Origin: Candidatus Latescibacterota bacterium
Lineage (GTDB): Bacteria > Latescibacterota > UBA2968 > UBA8231
Reading direction: 5' to 3'
Assembly (NCBI GenBank): GCA_965208105.1
Contig: OZ242318.1
Span: 1,312,001 to 1,376,000 of the forward strand
Length of the DNA stretch: 64,000 bases
Below are positions 50,453-64,000 of the stretch, one piece after another. The notes under the pieces were generated by a model that saw nothing but the letters and a program-made list of their open reading frames with translations, did no database searches and was not told where the DNA came from. The position numbers and the translations under genes were made by a program. The number at the start of each line of letters is the position of its first letter. Position 1 is the first letter of the stretch.

Positions 50453-53400
50453 TCAGAAGCGCAGCCCCAGCTGGCCGAAGACAAGGCGGCCCACGGCGGG
50501 GGAACCGACGAAGGCCTGGTAGGCCTGGCCGAGCACGTTGCCGGCGTCTATCTGCAGCGCCAGGTCCTGCTCCAGGGGCAGCTGGTAGGTCAGGTTGAGA
50601 TCGAGCACCGTGTAGGAATCCACGTCGCCCACGTACACTCCCGAGCTCATGGGGAATGAATCGATGTAACGGAGCTGGCTGCCAAGGGTCAGGCCCCATC
50701 GGGCAAGGTCGTAGCCCATCCCCAGCTTGATCTTGTGACGGGGCGCGTTGAGGGCGACGTCGGCGCTCCCTTCGGCCCTGGAGAACTTGAGATTCTCGAA
50801 CCAGTTGTCGTTCACGAAGGAATAGCTCCCCGTAAGCCGCCAGTGGTCCGCCGGGGTGCAGGCCAGGCTCAAGTCCAGCCCCCAGACCCTCACGCTTTCA
50901 AAGTTGCGGTAGCTCATGATCATCGCGTAGGGATCGGACGCCTGTTCGGGAGAGACCGTGCCGTAGGGGATGGCCGCCGCACCCGCGGCGATAAGGCCGG
51001 CCAGTTCGTCCGCCGGGGTGCCGTTGTTGTTGCCCTCAACCAATCCCGGCAGCCGCGCTGCATCCAGGGCCGCCAGTGCGGCGGCCACCTCGGCGTTGGC
51101 CCCATCGGCCAGCGCCTTGCCGATCCCTTCCACGAGGGCTGCTCCCAGGCTCTGGTGATCGAGGAAGACGGTGGGAGTCTCAACCGAGACCGCCCCGACG
51201 AAATTCTCGATCCTGGACTGGTAGAGATCGGCGGCCACCACCACCTTGTTTGCCACCACCCCCTTGTAGCCAAGCTCGATGGTCCGGGTTATGGCCGATT
51301 CGATCCGGGGCAAATCATAAGCCGTAACGGGGGTGGTCCCGTCCGCCTCCACGAAGAAGAAGGACGGCCTCTCCGGATCGGGGTCTGAACCCAGTGGCTC
51401 GGTCTCTATATTCAATCTACCCATGACGTTGCGCAGGCCGGATACCTGCTCGGGGACGACCGCCGGCAGGGCCGCGGCCAAGCGGCCGGCTGCCGCCCCG
51501 GCCTCTTCGGCCCCCATCCCCTCTGCCATGAAGGCGCCTGCCGCCAGGAGCTGGAACTGGGGACCGAACTCCGCCAGCACCGCCTGCCTGGCGATCCCCC
51601 ACATCACGTTGGTGACCAGCGGATGGTCCATGGCCATGTAGCCGTCGGGCCCGATGGGATAGCCTGCATCGCCGGGTGAAAGCCCCAGCCTGGCGGCCTG
51701 GCCGGCTACGAGAGGTTCGAAAGGCGAGCGGAAGAGGGGCCGGCCTGCGGCGTCCCGCCGGAAAGTGAAGCCGTACCCGGCGCCTTTCCTGTAGTTGCCC
51801 TGGGTCCATACGTCGATTGACTTGAACTCTCCCAGGTTCAGATTCGAAAACAGTGGGGAAAAGGCCGGATTCAGTCCGAAGGGGTCCCGGGATGTCCGCA
51901 GGTCGAGGTAGAGGTTGTTCGAGGTTGGAGTGCTGAACGCCCGGTTGAAGGTCAGCCTCAACGTCTGGGTCTTCCCCGGCTTGTAGACCAGGGCCGCCCG
52001 GGGCGAAAGCTCGGGGTCCTTCAGCCGGCTGTGGTAGTCGTAGCGCAGGGCCAGCACCAGGTCCAGCATCTCATCGAGGGCAGTCTCGCTCTGCACGTAG
52101 CCGCCGGCCTCGTTGAGGTCGTCGTCGTCCTCGTTCCTGCCCATGATGGTCCCGTCGGTGTCGGGCCGGGTCAGCAGGACGTCGATGCCGTAGGTGAAGC
52201 GCTGGCGCTGACCCACCCTGGAGGTGTGCTGCGCCTGGAATACGTCGAGGTAGGAGCGATCGACGACGGGCACGCCCGTGCGCAGCAGGAAGGTATCGCC
52301 CGCGTCGCTCCAGTTGCGGAAGGCCTGGAAGAACCAGTCGCGGTAGAGGAGCCGCAACTGGGCGTAGTTGTACTGCCAGTCCAGGGTTTGCGACGCCCCC
52401 ACCCCGGTCATCCCGACTATGTTTGCATTGTTGTGTCCAGCCGAAAGAATGGCGGTCAAATCTTCCGAGGCGCGCCAGTCAAGGCGCAATTCGATGCTCT
52501 GGTTGCTGGTTTCGGGATCACGGGTCTCGAGGGGCGGCAAATTTGCTCCTGCATCGATCTCCGCCCGCCTCAGAGACTGCGCCTTCACCTCCTCCGGATC
52601 GGTGTAGTCCCACTCGGTCCCTGCATAGTACTGGCCCGAAATCTTGTAGCCCAGGCGGTCACCCACCAGGCCGGCGTGCCGGACGCTGGTATGGCGCAGA
52701 CTGCGCTCCCCCGTTCCCACATTCACCGTGGTGCCCTGCGAGGAAAAGGGGGAACGGGTGATGAGATGCATGACCCCGTCGGCGCTGTTGGGACCGTAGA
52801 GGGCCGACCCAGGACCCAGGACCACCTCGATGCGTTCCACGTCGTCGTTGGTGAGGGGAATGAAATTCATGGCGTTGACCCGCAGCGAGGGTATGCGGGC
52901 GATGCGGTTGTCGGTCAGGGTGAGCAGGGTCCCCGAGAAGACATTGTTGAAGCCGCGCACCACCACGTTGGCGTTCGCCAGCCCCCTCTTGGCAATATCC
53001 ACGGCGGGAAGATTCTTGACGTGGTCGGAGACGCTCAGCGCGGGGTTGTTGCGGATTTCCCTGCCCTCGACCACGGACACGGAGGCCGGGGCGTCCAGGA
53101 TCTTTTCCTTCCGGCGCGAAGCGGAGACCACGCTTTGCCCCAGGTAAATAACCTGGTTGGCCATAACCACCTCCAGCCGGGTGGTCCCTCCGGCCTCCAC
53201 CTGCACCTTTTCCAGCGCTTCCGGCCGATAGCCGACGAAGGTGATTTCGACCTGGTACTCCCCCGCCGGAACGGCGAGGCGGAAGCGTCCGCCGGAGCCC
53301 GCCGCAGTCCCGGCTCCTCCCGGCAGGGCCTCGCCCGTCACGGTGATATTGGCGCCGGCCAGGGCCTCGCCCCCCTCCTCGGCCACGGTCCCTTCGATAA

Positions 53401-53467
53401 AGCCCCCCGGCTGGGCCCAGAGCATCCCACACCCCAGGAACATTCCCAGGAACAGCAATCTGCTCAT
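50453..53467 (-). CDS. TonB-dependent receptor (paralog C)
   Basis: VVSASRR, VVVRGFNN, IERIEVVLGPGSALYG-type plug motif (VERIEVVLGPGSALYG), SPRAALV, terminal LGLRF. Confidence 0.93.
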   Translation of the reverse strand: MSRLLFLGMFLGCGMLWAQPGGFIEGTVAEEGGEALAGANITVTGEALPGGAGTAAGSGGRFRLAVPAGEYQVEITFVGYRPEALEKVQVEAGGTTRLEVVMANQVIYLGQSVVSASRRKEKILDAPASVSVVEGREIRNNPALSVSDHVKNLPAVDIAKRGLANANVVVRGFNNVFSGTLLTLTDNRIARIPSLRVNAMNFIPLTNDDVERIEVVLGPGSALYGPNSADGVMHLITRSPFSSQGTTVNVGTGERSLRHTSVRHAGLVGDRLGYKISGQYYAGTEWDYTDPEEVKAQSLRRAEIDAGANLPPLETRDPETSNQSIELRLDWRASEDLTAILSAGHNNANIVGMTGVGASQTLDWQYNYAQLRLLYRDWFFQAFRNWSDAGDTFLLRTGVPVVDRSYLDVFQAQHTSRVGQRQRFTYGIDVLLTRPDTDGTIMGRNEDDDDLNEAGGYVQSETALDEMLDLVLALRYDYHSRLKDPELSPRAALVYKPGKTQTLRLTFNRAFSTPTSNNLYLDLRTSRDPFGLNPAFSPLFSNLNLGEFKSIDVWTQGNYRKGAGYGFTFRRDAAGRPLFRSPFEPLVAGQAARLGLSPGDAGYPIGPDGYMAMDHPLVTNVMWGIARQAVLAEFGPQFQLLAAGAFMAEGMGAEEAGAAAGRLAAALPAVVPEQVSGLRNVMGRLNIETEPLGSDPDPERPSFFFVEADGTTPVTAYDLPRIESAITRTIELGYKGVVANKVVVAADLYQSRIENFVGAVSVETPTVFLDHQSLGAALVEGIGKALADGANAEVAAALAALDAARLPGLVEGNNNGTPADELAGLIAAGAAAIPYGTVSPEQASDPYAMIMSYRNFESVRVWGLDLSLACTPADHWRLTGSYSFVNDNWFENLKFSRAEGSADVALNAPRHKIKLGMGYDLARWGLTLGSQLRYIDSFPMSSGVYVGDVDSYTVLDLNLTYQLPLEQDLALQIDAGNVLGQAYQAFVGSPAVGRLVFGQLGLRF

Positions 53468-53618
53468 CTCGCCTTCACCTCCGCAGGCGCCACAGGTCCC
53501 CGGACCTGAAGCGCGGATTTTCAGGATGTCCTTCCACTCGCCTCTCCAAGGTTGCGGGCGGCCCCGTCCCCAACCCAGGGCCATTCGCCGGCACCGGAGC
53601 GCCACCCACACCAGATAG

Positions 53619-53651
53619 AAAAAGCGGGGAGCAGCCACGCCCCCCGCTTTT
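53619..53651. terminator. Rho-independent terminator (bidirectional-type) after TBDR paralog D
   Basis: AAAAAGCGGGG...CCCCGCTTTT. Confidence 0.8.
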
Positions 53652-53670
53652 CAGTTGCTCAGGGCTGGTC

Positions 53671-56640
53671 TCAGAAGCGCACCCCAAGCTGCCCGAAGAC
53701 CAGGCGGCCCACCTCCGGTGCGCCCACGAACGACCTGTAGGCCTGGTCCAGCGCGTTGCTGGCGTCGACCTGAAGCACCAGGTCCGGCTCCAGGGGCAAC
53801 TGGTAGATCAGGTTCAGATCCAGCACCGTGTAGGAATCCACGTCGCCCACATAGGCCCCCGAGTTCATGGGGAAGGAACCGTTGTAGCGCACCCTTCCGC
53901 CCACCTCCAACCCCAACTGGGCGAAGTTGTAGGCCGCCCCCAGCTTGGCCTTGTGCATCGGGGCGTTGAGAGCGATATCGGCCACTGCCCCGGGACCAAC
54001 ACTGCCGGACAGCTTCTCCTTTTCGAAGAAATTGTCGTCGACGAAGGAGTAGTTCCCGGTGAGCTTCCAGTCGGCGCCGGGGTAGTAGGCAAGGCTCAGA
54101 TCGACCCCGCGGATGGTCACCTCGCCGAAATTGCGGTAGCTGGCGATCACCGCGTAGGGATCGGAGGCCTGCTCGGGAGAGACCGTACCGTAGGGGATGC
54201 CCGCGGCCGTCGACAGGAGAACACCCACCATCTCGTCCACCGGCGTTCCATTGTTGTTGCCCTCCAGCACTCCGGGCACGTTGATCGCATCCAGCGCCGC
54301 CAGGGCCGCGGCCAGATCGGCGTTGGCCGGATCGGCCAGGGCCTTGCCGATTCCCTCACCGAGGGCAGCCCCCAGGGTCTGGGGATCGAGAAAGACGTTG
54401 GGGGTCTCTATGCCCAGTGGGGCGACGAAGTCCTCGATCCTGGACTGGTAGAGGTCCGCGGCCACCACGAGGTTTTCGGCCACCACCCCCTTGTAGCCCA
54501 GTTCGATGGTCTGGGTGATGGAAGACTGGATGCGCGGAACGTCGTAGGCCTCGACGGGACTGCCGTCGGCCGCCGCGAAGTCGAAGCCTGAGGTCTCCAG
54601 GTTCAACCTGCCCAGTCTGTGGCGCAGGCCGGGCAACTGCTCGGGCACGACGCCGGGCAGGGCCGCGGCCAACTGGCCGGCCGCAGCCTGGGCGTCTTCA
54701 GCCCCCATGCCCCGGGCAATCAGGGCTCCTGCTGTCAGGGAATGGAAAAGGGGCGTGAACTGAGCCAGCACCGCTCCACGGGCGATCCCCCACATCACGT
54801 TGGTGGTCACCGGATGGTCCAGGGCGAGATAAGCGTCGGCTCCGATGGGATAGCCGGCGGCGCCCGGGGCCAGCCCGGCCTGGGCCGACTGGGCGGCGAT
54901 CAGGGGCGCGAAGGGCGAGCGGAAGAGGGGCCGTCCCGCCGCGTCCCTCCTGAAGGAGAGTCCCTTTTCGGTGGCGCTGCTGTAGGTTCCCTGGGCCCAG
55001 ATATCGATGGGCTTGAACTCACCCAGGCCGAGTTGCTGGAAAAGGGGCGAGAAGTTCGCACCCAGGCCAAATGGATCTTTCGCCGACAGGATGTCCAGAT
55101 AGAGGTTGCTGGTCGAAGGCGTGCTGAAAGCCCGGTTGTAGGTCAGCCTCAAGGTCTGGGTTTCGCGCGGCTTGAAAACGAGTGCGGCGCGCGGGGAGAG
55201 CTGAGGGTCCTCGAGGCGGTTGTGGTTGTCGTAGCGCAGGGCGAGCACGAGGTCCAGGGGAGGACTCAGGGAGGTCTCGCTCTGCAGGTAGCCGCCGAAC
55301 TCGTTGAGGTCGTCGTCGTCCTCGTTCTTGCCGGTGATGGTGCCGTCGGTATCCGGCCGGGTCAGCAAGGCATCAAACCCGTAGGTCAGGCGCTGGCGCT
55401 GACCAAGACGGGAGGTATGCTGCGCCTGGAACACGGTCAGGGAGGAGCGGTCGACGATGGGTTCCCCGGTGCGAAGCAGGAAGGTATCGCCCGCATCGCT
55501 CCAGTTGCGGAAAGTCTGGAAGAACCAGTCCTGGTAAAGAAGCCGCAACTGGACGTAGTTGTAGGTCCAGTCCCGGGCCTGGCCCGCGCCCACACCGGTC
55601 AATTCGATTTGATTCCCCTGGTTGTACCCCGCCGCCAGAATTGCGGTCAGGTCGTCCGAGGCCCTGTAATCGAAGCGCACTTCGGCGCTGCTGCGCTCTA
55701 CATCGAACTCCCGCTCCTCGATGGTTGGATCGTTTTTCCGGGCCTCTTCCTCCTCCGGATCATGGTACTCCCAATCCGTCCCGGTATAGTACTGCGACGA
55801 AATTTTGTAGCCCAGGCGGTCTCCAGCCACCCCCGAGTGCCGCAACGACCCCTTGAGGAGGCTGCGTTCCCCCATCCCCACCTGCATGCTGGTGCCCTGT
55901 GAGGTAAACGGGGAATGGGTGATGATGTGCATGACCCCGTCGGCGCTGTTGGGCCCGTAGAGGGCCGACCCCGGACCCAGGACCACCTCGATGCGCTCCA
56001 CGTCGTCGTTGGTGACCGGGATGAAGTTGTAGGCGTTGAGCCGCAGCGAGGGTACCCGCGCCATGCGGTTGTCGGTCAGCGTCAGCAGGGTCCCGGAGAA
56101 AACATTGTTGAAGCCGCGCACCACGACATTGCTCTGGACGAGCCCCGTCTTCGCGAAGTCCACCGCCGGCAAGTCCTGGATGTGGTCGGCGACGCTGAGC
56201 ACCGGGACGCTGCGGATGTCGCTGCCCTCGACCACGGACACCGAGGCCGGGGCGTCGAGAATCTTTTCCTGCCGGCGGGACGCCGAGACCACGCTCTGCT
56301 CCAGGAAAATGACCTGGGACTGGAGGACGAAATCGAGCTCCGTTTCCTGTCCGGCCTCTACGACAACCCCTGCCTGCACCGCCGTTTTGAAGCCGACGTG
56401 CGAAACCCTGACCTCGTAGGAACCGGAAGGGAGATCCGCGAGGCGATACGCCCCGGTCTCGTCCGCCGCGGTCACCATCTCCGCCGTCAGGGCAGGCCCG
56501 GTCAAAACGACGATGGCGCCAGACAATCGGTCCTCGGACCTGTCGCTCACCCGCCCTTGGAGAACCCCCGTTCCCTCCTGGCTCTCGACCGCTCCGGCTC
56601 CGTACATCAGCAACAAGGCTGCCAGTATCACTCCACGCAT
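53671..56640 (-). CDS. TonB-dependent receptor (paralog D)
   Basis: Close paralog of 50453-53467; AGGAGG RBS, signal peptide, terminal LGVRF. Confidence 0.93.
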   Translation of the reverse strand: MRGVILAALLLMYGAGAVESQEGTGVLQGRVSDRSEDRLSGAIVVLTGPALTAEMVTAADETGAYRLADLPSGSYEVRVSHVGFKTAVQAGVVVEAGQETELDFVLQSQVIFLEQSVVSASRRQEKILDAPASVSVVEGSDIRSVPVLSVADHIQDLPAVDFAKTGLVQSNVVVRGFNNVFSGTLLTLTDNRMARVPSLRLNAYNFIPVTNDDVERIEVVLGPGSALYGPNSADGVMHIITHSPFTSQGTSMQVGMGERSLLKGSLRHSGVAGDRLGYKISSQYYTGTDWEYHDPEEEEARKNDPTIEEREFDVERSSAEVRFDYRASDDLTAILAAGYNQGNQIELTGVGAGQARDWTYNYVQLRLLYQDWFFQTFRNWSDAGDTFLLRTGEPIVDRSSLTVFQAQHTSRLGQRQRLTYGFDALLTRPDTDGTITGKNEDDDDLNEFGGYLQSETSLSPPLDLVLALRYDNHNRLEDPQLSPRAALVFKPRETQTLRLTYNRAFSTPSTSNLYLDILSAKDPFGLGANFSPLFQQLGLGEFKPIDIWAQGTYSSATEKGLSFRRDAAGRPLFRSPFAPLIAAQSAQAGLAPGAAGYPIGADAYLALDHPVTTNVMWGIARGAVLAQFTPLFHSLTAGALIARGMGAEDAQAAAGQLAAALPGVVPEQLPGLRHRLGRLNLETSGFDFAAADGSPVEAYDVPRIQSSITQTIELGYKGVVAENLVVAADLYQSRIEDFVAPLGIETPNVFLDPQTLGAALGEGIGKALADPANADLAAALAALDAINVPGVLEGNNNGTPVDEMVGVLLSTAAGIPYGTVSPEQASDPYAVIASYRNFGEVTIRGVDLSLAYYPGADWKLTGNYSFVDDNFFEKEKLSGSVGPGAVADIALNAPMHKAKLGAAYNFAQLGLEVGGRVRYNGSFPMNSGAYVGDVDSYTVLDLNLIYQLPLEPDLVLQVDASNALDQAYRSFVGAPEVGRLVFGQLGVRF

Positions 56641-56785
56641 CTGGGGACCTCCTTCGTAGTTGAGATTGAATTATTCCCTTCAAGTGAAAATAACAATTAT
56701 TCATTGCTCGGAGGAAGAATTTTTTATATATCTTTGCCTTCTTGCCGAAAATTTGATATCAGCGGAAAACCTGAGGCTCCTCCCC

Positions 56786-57802
56786 ATGTCCGGAATCCTG
56801 AAACTCGCCTTCGTCGGCTGCGGCGCCATCTCGCGGTTCCACCTCGACGGCATTCTTGAAAGCGCCCCACGCATAAAGGTGACCGCCGCCATCGATCCGG
56901 ACCCCGGCAGGGCAGAGGCCATTGCCTCCGAAACAGGCGCTCAGGTTTTCTCCTCACTGGCCGAAGGAATCGGCCGGGGCGATTTCGATGCGGTAGATCT
57001 CATGTTGCCGCACGACCTGCACGAGAGCGCCGCCGTGCAGGCGCTGGAGGCGGGCAAACACGTCCTCCTTGAAAAACCAATGGCCCCGGACCTCGATGCA
57101 TGCGAGCGCGTCCTGGCTGCCGCCGAGAAGGCAGCCGGCGTCTTCATGGTGGGAGAAAATTCCCAGTACTGGCCCGAGATCGTCAAAACCAGGGAGCTCG
57201 TGCAGAGTGGCGCCATCGGGGAAATCATCACCGCCCGGGCGGCCTTCGTCATGGAATTCGACCCACAGTGGTTCGAGGGCGAAAGACCCTGGCGCTGCGA
57301 CCGGGCCCGCACCGGTGGCGGCATTGCCATCGACGGCGGCTCCCATTGGATAAGGCCATTGCGCATGTGGATGGGGGAGATCGACGCGGTGGTGGCCGCT
57401 CTCGGCCATCCGCTGGAGAGCATGGAGGGAGAGTCCCAGGTGCGCTCCCTGCTGCGCTTCCGGTCGGGGAAGACCGCCAGCTTCGACGCTTTGATGGCGG
57501 AAACCATCCTCGCCCCCGAGCCCTGGTGGCGCCTTACCGGGACCCGGGGTGAGATTCTCATCGACGGCGGCTTTGCCGGTGGCATCCGGATCTTCGATGG
57601 GGACCATCGGGAAGGCAAACTGGTCCAGGAACCCCGGGGCTATGCCCGATCATTCGGCCCCGAGCTGGCGGATTTCGCCGCTGCCGTCCTCGACGGCAAG
57701 GCGCTCGAAGCGGGACCCGAGCAGTCCCTGGGAGAGCTGCGCACCGCCCTCGCCATCTACCGTTCGGCGGCCAGCGGAAAATGGGAGATGGTCTGGGAAT
57801 AA
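56786..57802 (+). CDS. Gfo/Idh/MocA family oxidoreductase
   Basis: VGCGAIS, HDLH, GKHVLLEKPM, GGGIAIDGGSH. Confidence 0.92.
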   Translation: MSGILKLAFVGCGAISRFHLDGILESAPRIKVTAAIDPDPGRAEAIASETGAQVFSSLAEGIGRGDFDAVDLMLPHDLHESAAVQALEAGKHVLLEKPMAPDLDACERVLAAAEKAAGVFMVGENSQYWPEIVKTRELVQSGAIGEIITARAAFVMEFDPQWFEGERPWRCDRARTGGGIAIDGGSHWIRPLRMWMGEIDAVVAALGHPLESMEGESQVRSLLRFRSGKTASFDALMAETILAPEPWWRLTGTRGEILIDGGFAGGIRIFDGDHREGKLVQEPRGYARSFGPELADFAAAVLDGKALEAGPEQSLGELRTALAIYRSAASGKWEMVWE

Positions 57803-57942
57803 CGCAGGCTCCGGGAGTACGAACATGTCACTTGCGCGGCCCTGTCTGCTTTCTATATTAGTCCGGATTATCGCGGCAATCTACGATGCTGGAATTCCCT
57901 CCTTTTCAACCGTAAACCAACCTAAGCGAGCTCTTCTCCAAC

Positions 57943-61344
<3,402 letters not shown>

Positions 61345-61352
<8 letters not shown>

Positions 61353-62220
61353 GAAGCCAGTCCTCGGCAAGGGAATCAGTGCCCTGATTCCCGACTACAC
61401 CGAATCCGATTCCGGGGGCAATCCGGGCGGGCAGATCGTATATCTCAACGTGGAGGAAATAGAGCCCAATCCCTACCAGGCCCGCACCGAGTTCGACCCC
61501 AAGCACATCGACGAGCTGACCCATTCCATCAAGGAAAAGGGCGTCATTCAGCCCATAGCGGTGAACCGGGTGGGACAGAACTATCAACTCATTACCGGGG
61601 AGCGCCGCTGGCGCGCCACCAAGATGGCCGGCTACGACACCATTCCGGCCATCATTCACCAGATCGACTCCGCCCAGGAGCTGATGGAGCTGTCCCTTAT
61701 CGAGAACGTCCAGCGCGAGGACCTCAGCCCCGTCGAAGAAGCCGAAGGTTATCGGTCTTTGCTGACCAATTGCTACCTGACCCAGGAGGAGGTCGCCCGC
61801 AAGGTGGGCAAAGACCGCTCCACCATAGCCAATCTGATGCGCCTGCTGAGCCTGCCGGAGGAAATTCAGGGACACATCAAGAAGGGCAATCTGCAAGTGG
61901 GCCACGCCCGGGCCCTGCTCGGGTTGGAGGAGGAGGAGGAACGCCTGGAACTGGGCCGCCGCTGCGTCGCCGAAAAGATGACCGTGCGCCAGGTCGAAAA
62001 CGCCGTAAAAGCGCACCGAGCCGGCCGCGACCATTCTCCCTCCTCGAAGGAGCAGGCCAGGGATCCTCACCTCGTCGCCTGCGAGGAGAGACTTCAACAC
62101 CGATTCGGCACGGCCGTCCATATCCGCAGCAACCCGAAAAAAGGCCGGATCGAACTCGAGTACTACGACCACGAAGACCTGGAACGCATCCTCGAACTGC
62201 TCCTCAGCGACGGCGAATGA
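61345..62220 (+). CDS. parB: Chromosome partitioning protein ParB/Spo0J
   Basis: [41 protein letters not shown]. Confidence 0.96.
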
Positions 62221-63635
62221 TCCAAGCTCTCGCCCTGCTTCTCCTCTCCCTCAATCTGAATACCTGCAGCCTGGTGCATCAGGATATCGCCAACGAACCT
62301 CCGGAACTGCAGGTCAGCAATGCCGATACTACGCGGGTGAGCCGGGGCCCGAAGGGGCGGGTGGAGGTGGAGGTGCGGGCCTCCGACGAGGACGACGACC
62401 CGCTCTACTACCGGTGGAGAACCTTCCGCGTCACCGCCGCGGCGGCGGCATCCCTCGGATCAGCTACTTTTGCCGGCCGGGAGGAGATTCAGAACCTGAT
62501 CGGCCAGCTGCAGAGCGCCGAAGAAATCCCCGACCGCTTCGACGATCCCGCCAATCCCGCCACCGTCTGGACCGCGCCGGAGATCATCGATGGTTCCCTC
62601 GAAAATTATCTCCTGGTCGTCGCCATATCGGACCGCCAATGCGAGCTGGTCGCCGCGCTGGAGGATCGCCTCCAGTGCGAAGAGGAGGCCCTGGAGCAGC
62701 AGATCGTCCAAACCTTCGTAATCGAGGTCTCTCAGAGAACGCCCACTCTCGCAGCTCCTGCCGACACGGTGGTTCTCTTCAGTGCCCCCGCGGTGGCCAT
62801 CGAGGCAATGGGGGCCGATGAGGACGGCGACGATCTGACCTACCAATGGGAACAGACAGGCGGTGAACCACTGGAATCCCTGCGGTCCATGCGGATCGAC
62901 AACAACCGGTCACAACTGACCTTCATTCCCTTATACCTTGGAGACTACCAGTTCCAGGCACTGGTTACCGACGGTCTCGACACGGCCAGCGCGGAGCTGG
63001 TCGTGCACGTCGTCGGCGACCGCGACCCTCCGGAGAGCGGCATGGCGACCCTGACCCTGCCCGGCGGCAGCACCTACCAGATCGACGTTTACGAATACCC
63101 GAATCGGAAGGGCGAGATTCCCCTGCTTGCGGAGTCCTGGTTCCAGGCCGCCCTGACCTGCGATTCGCTGGGCAAGCGCCTGTGCACTCCCGCTGAATGG
63201 GTCCATGCCTGCCGTGGGGAGGACGGGGGTCTCTTTTCCTCACCCGACGATCCTGCCCTCTTCGACGGCCAGCCATTCGGCCGCCGCTTCTGCAATACCC
63301 AGGGCTCTGCAGTCGCGGGCAATGATCTGGACGATCTGGCCGCCTCGGGCAGCTTCCCAAACTGCTTCAGTTGGGCTGGGGTCTACGATCTGTGCGGAAA
63401 TGCAGGCGAATGGCTGCTGAGCATCGACGATTCCGGGGAAATTGTGGGCAGGAGGATCCTGAGCAGCAACATAATCGGCGCAACCGACGCGAGTTGCAAT
63501 TTTCTCGGCACCCCACTCGCACCCCTGGCCCCCGACATGGACTTCACATCCCAGAGGCAACTCGACAGCCTGGCCACCCTGCCTGCCTATTCCAACTACT
63601 TCGATGATATAACCGGCTTTCGCTGCTGCCTCTAG
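62217..63635 (+). CDS. Putative lipoprotein with Ig/PKD-like repeats and a C-terminal FGE-sulfatase(SUMF1)-like domain
   Basis: Hydrophobic signal ending in Cys; ASDEDDDPLYYRW and GADEDGDDLTYQW; IDVYEYPN, KRLCTPAEW, DLCGNAGEW, GFRCC. Confidence 0.72.
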   Translation: MIQALALLLLSLNLNTCSLVHQDIANEPPELQVSNADTTRVSRGPKGRVEVEVRASDEDDDPLYYRWRTFRVTAAAAASLGSATFAGREEIQNLIGQLQSAEEIPDRFDDPANPATVWTAPEIIDGSLENYLLVVAISDRQCELVAALEDRLQCEEEALEQQIVQTFVIEVSQRTPTLAAPADTVVLFSAPAVAIEAMGADEDGDDLTYQWEQTGGEPLESLRSMRIDNNRSQLTFIPLYLGDYQFQALVTDGLDTASAELVVHVVGDRDPPESGMATLTLPGGSTYQIDVYEYPNRKGEIPLLAESWFQAALTCDSLGKRLCTPAEWVHACRGEDGGLFSSPDDPALFDGQPFGRRFCNTQGSAVAGNDLDDLAASGSFPNCFSWAGVYDLCGNAGEWLLSIDDSGEIVGRRILSSNIIGATDASCNFLGTPLAPLAPDMDFTSQRQLDSLATLPAYSNYFDDITGFRCCL

Positions 63636-63729
63636 TGCCCTGGCCGGCAAGGTTGCCCTACCCCGGGGAAACTTGACAGCTTTGCCCGGGGCGCCTTAGC
63701 TTCAGGCGGGGCATCACCACCCCGAAAAA

Positions 63730-64000
63730 ATGGACCGGGAAACCATATACCAGTTGCTGCGGCAGGTAGCCGCCGGCGGCCTCACTCCGGAAAAAGCCCT
63801 CGACCAGCTCCAGGACCTGCCTTTCGAAGACCTCGGATTTGCCCACGTGGACCACCACCGGTCCCTGCGCACGGGCTATCCCGAGGTGATTTTCTGCCAG
63901 GGAAAATCCTCCGAGCAGATCTTGAGCATCGCCGAACGTCTCGCAGAGCATGGCACCTTCGTGCTGGCGACCCGCACCGCTCCGGAGGCCATCCGGGCAC
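63730..64000 (+). CDS. larB: Nickel pincer cofactor biosynthesis protein LarB (3'-truncated by window edge)
   Basis: Not in the ORF track; my translation from ATG 63730 reads MDRETIYQLL..LPFEDLGFAHVDHHRSLRTGYPEVIFCQGKS..VLATR; upstream TTGACA-18-TAGCTT. Confidence 0.9.
   Translation, partial: MDRETIYQLLRQVAAGGLTPEKALDQLQDLPFEDLGFAHVDHHRSLRTGYPEVIFCQGKSSEQILSIAERLAEHGTFVLATRTAPEAIRA

Noticed and set aside
53468-53618. Cobalamin-riboswitch-like words (GCCCGCAAC, GGAAGG, GGGGACCTG) upstream of TBDR-C
   Set aside because: GGGAA, the T-loop and GCCACTG elements are missing and the space is too short; the B12-box-like word is part of a simple palindrome CAGGTCC-CC-GGACCTG. An Rfam RF00174 scan would settle it

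Overview
High-GC bacterial genomic window with about 43 genes. I found no rRNA, tRNA, CRISPR array or transposase. The gene content (PorV/PorQ-family barrel, T9SS-like C-terminal domains, CarboxypepD_reg-type TonB receptors, a C-terminal SWGxIK motif) points to an FCB-group diderm, possibly Latescibacterota-like; this taxonomy is inference. Core genes are atpD(partial)-atpC, smc, ilvBN, ppdK-parA-parB, a galU-like gene, larA and larB(partial). The main candidate for an under-described system is at 16.0-30.4 kb. It is a tandemly duplicated module [TonB-dependent receptor + ~1100-aa secreted protein with a T9SS-like CTD and a shared extra tail QEQQFLExY] followed by a single PorV-family gene and lacking any SusD. 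Other notable signals: tandem NrdR-like boxes over the smc promoter; a sigma54 promoter with tandem palindromic upstream sites in front of an ECF sigma factor; an orphan FleS/FleR-like two-component pair; a second tandem TonB-receptor pair with large helical insertions; a ~62-bp dispersed repeat; and a possible compositional or assembly break near 1.65 kb. All product calls come from motif recognition only; no database search was run.
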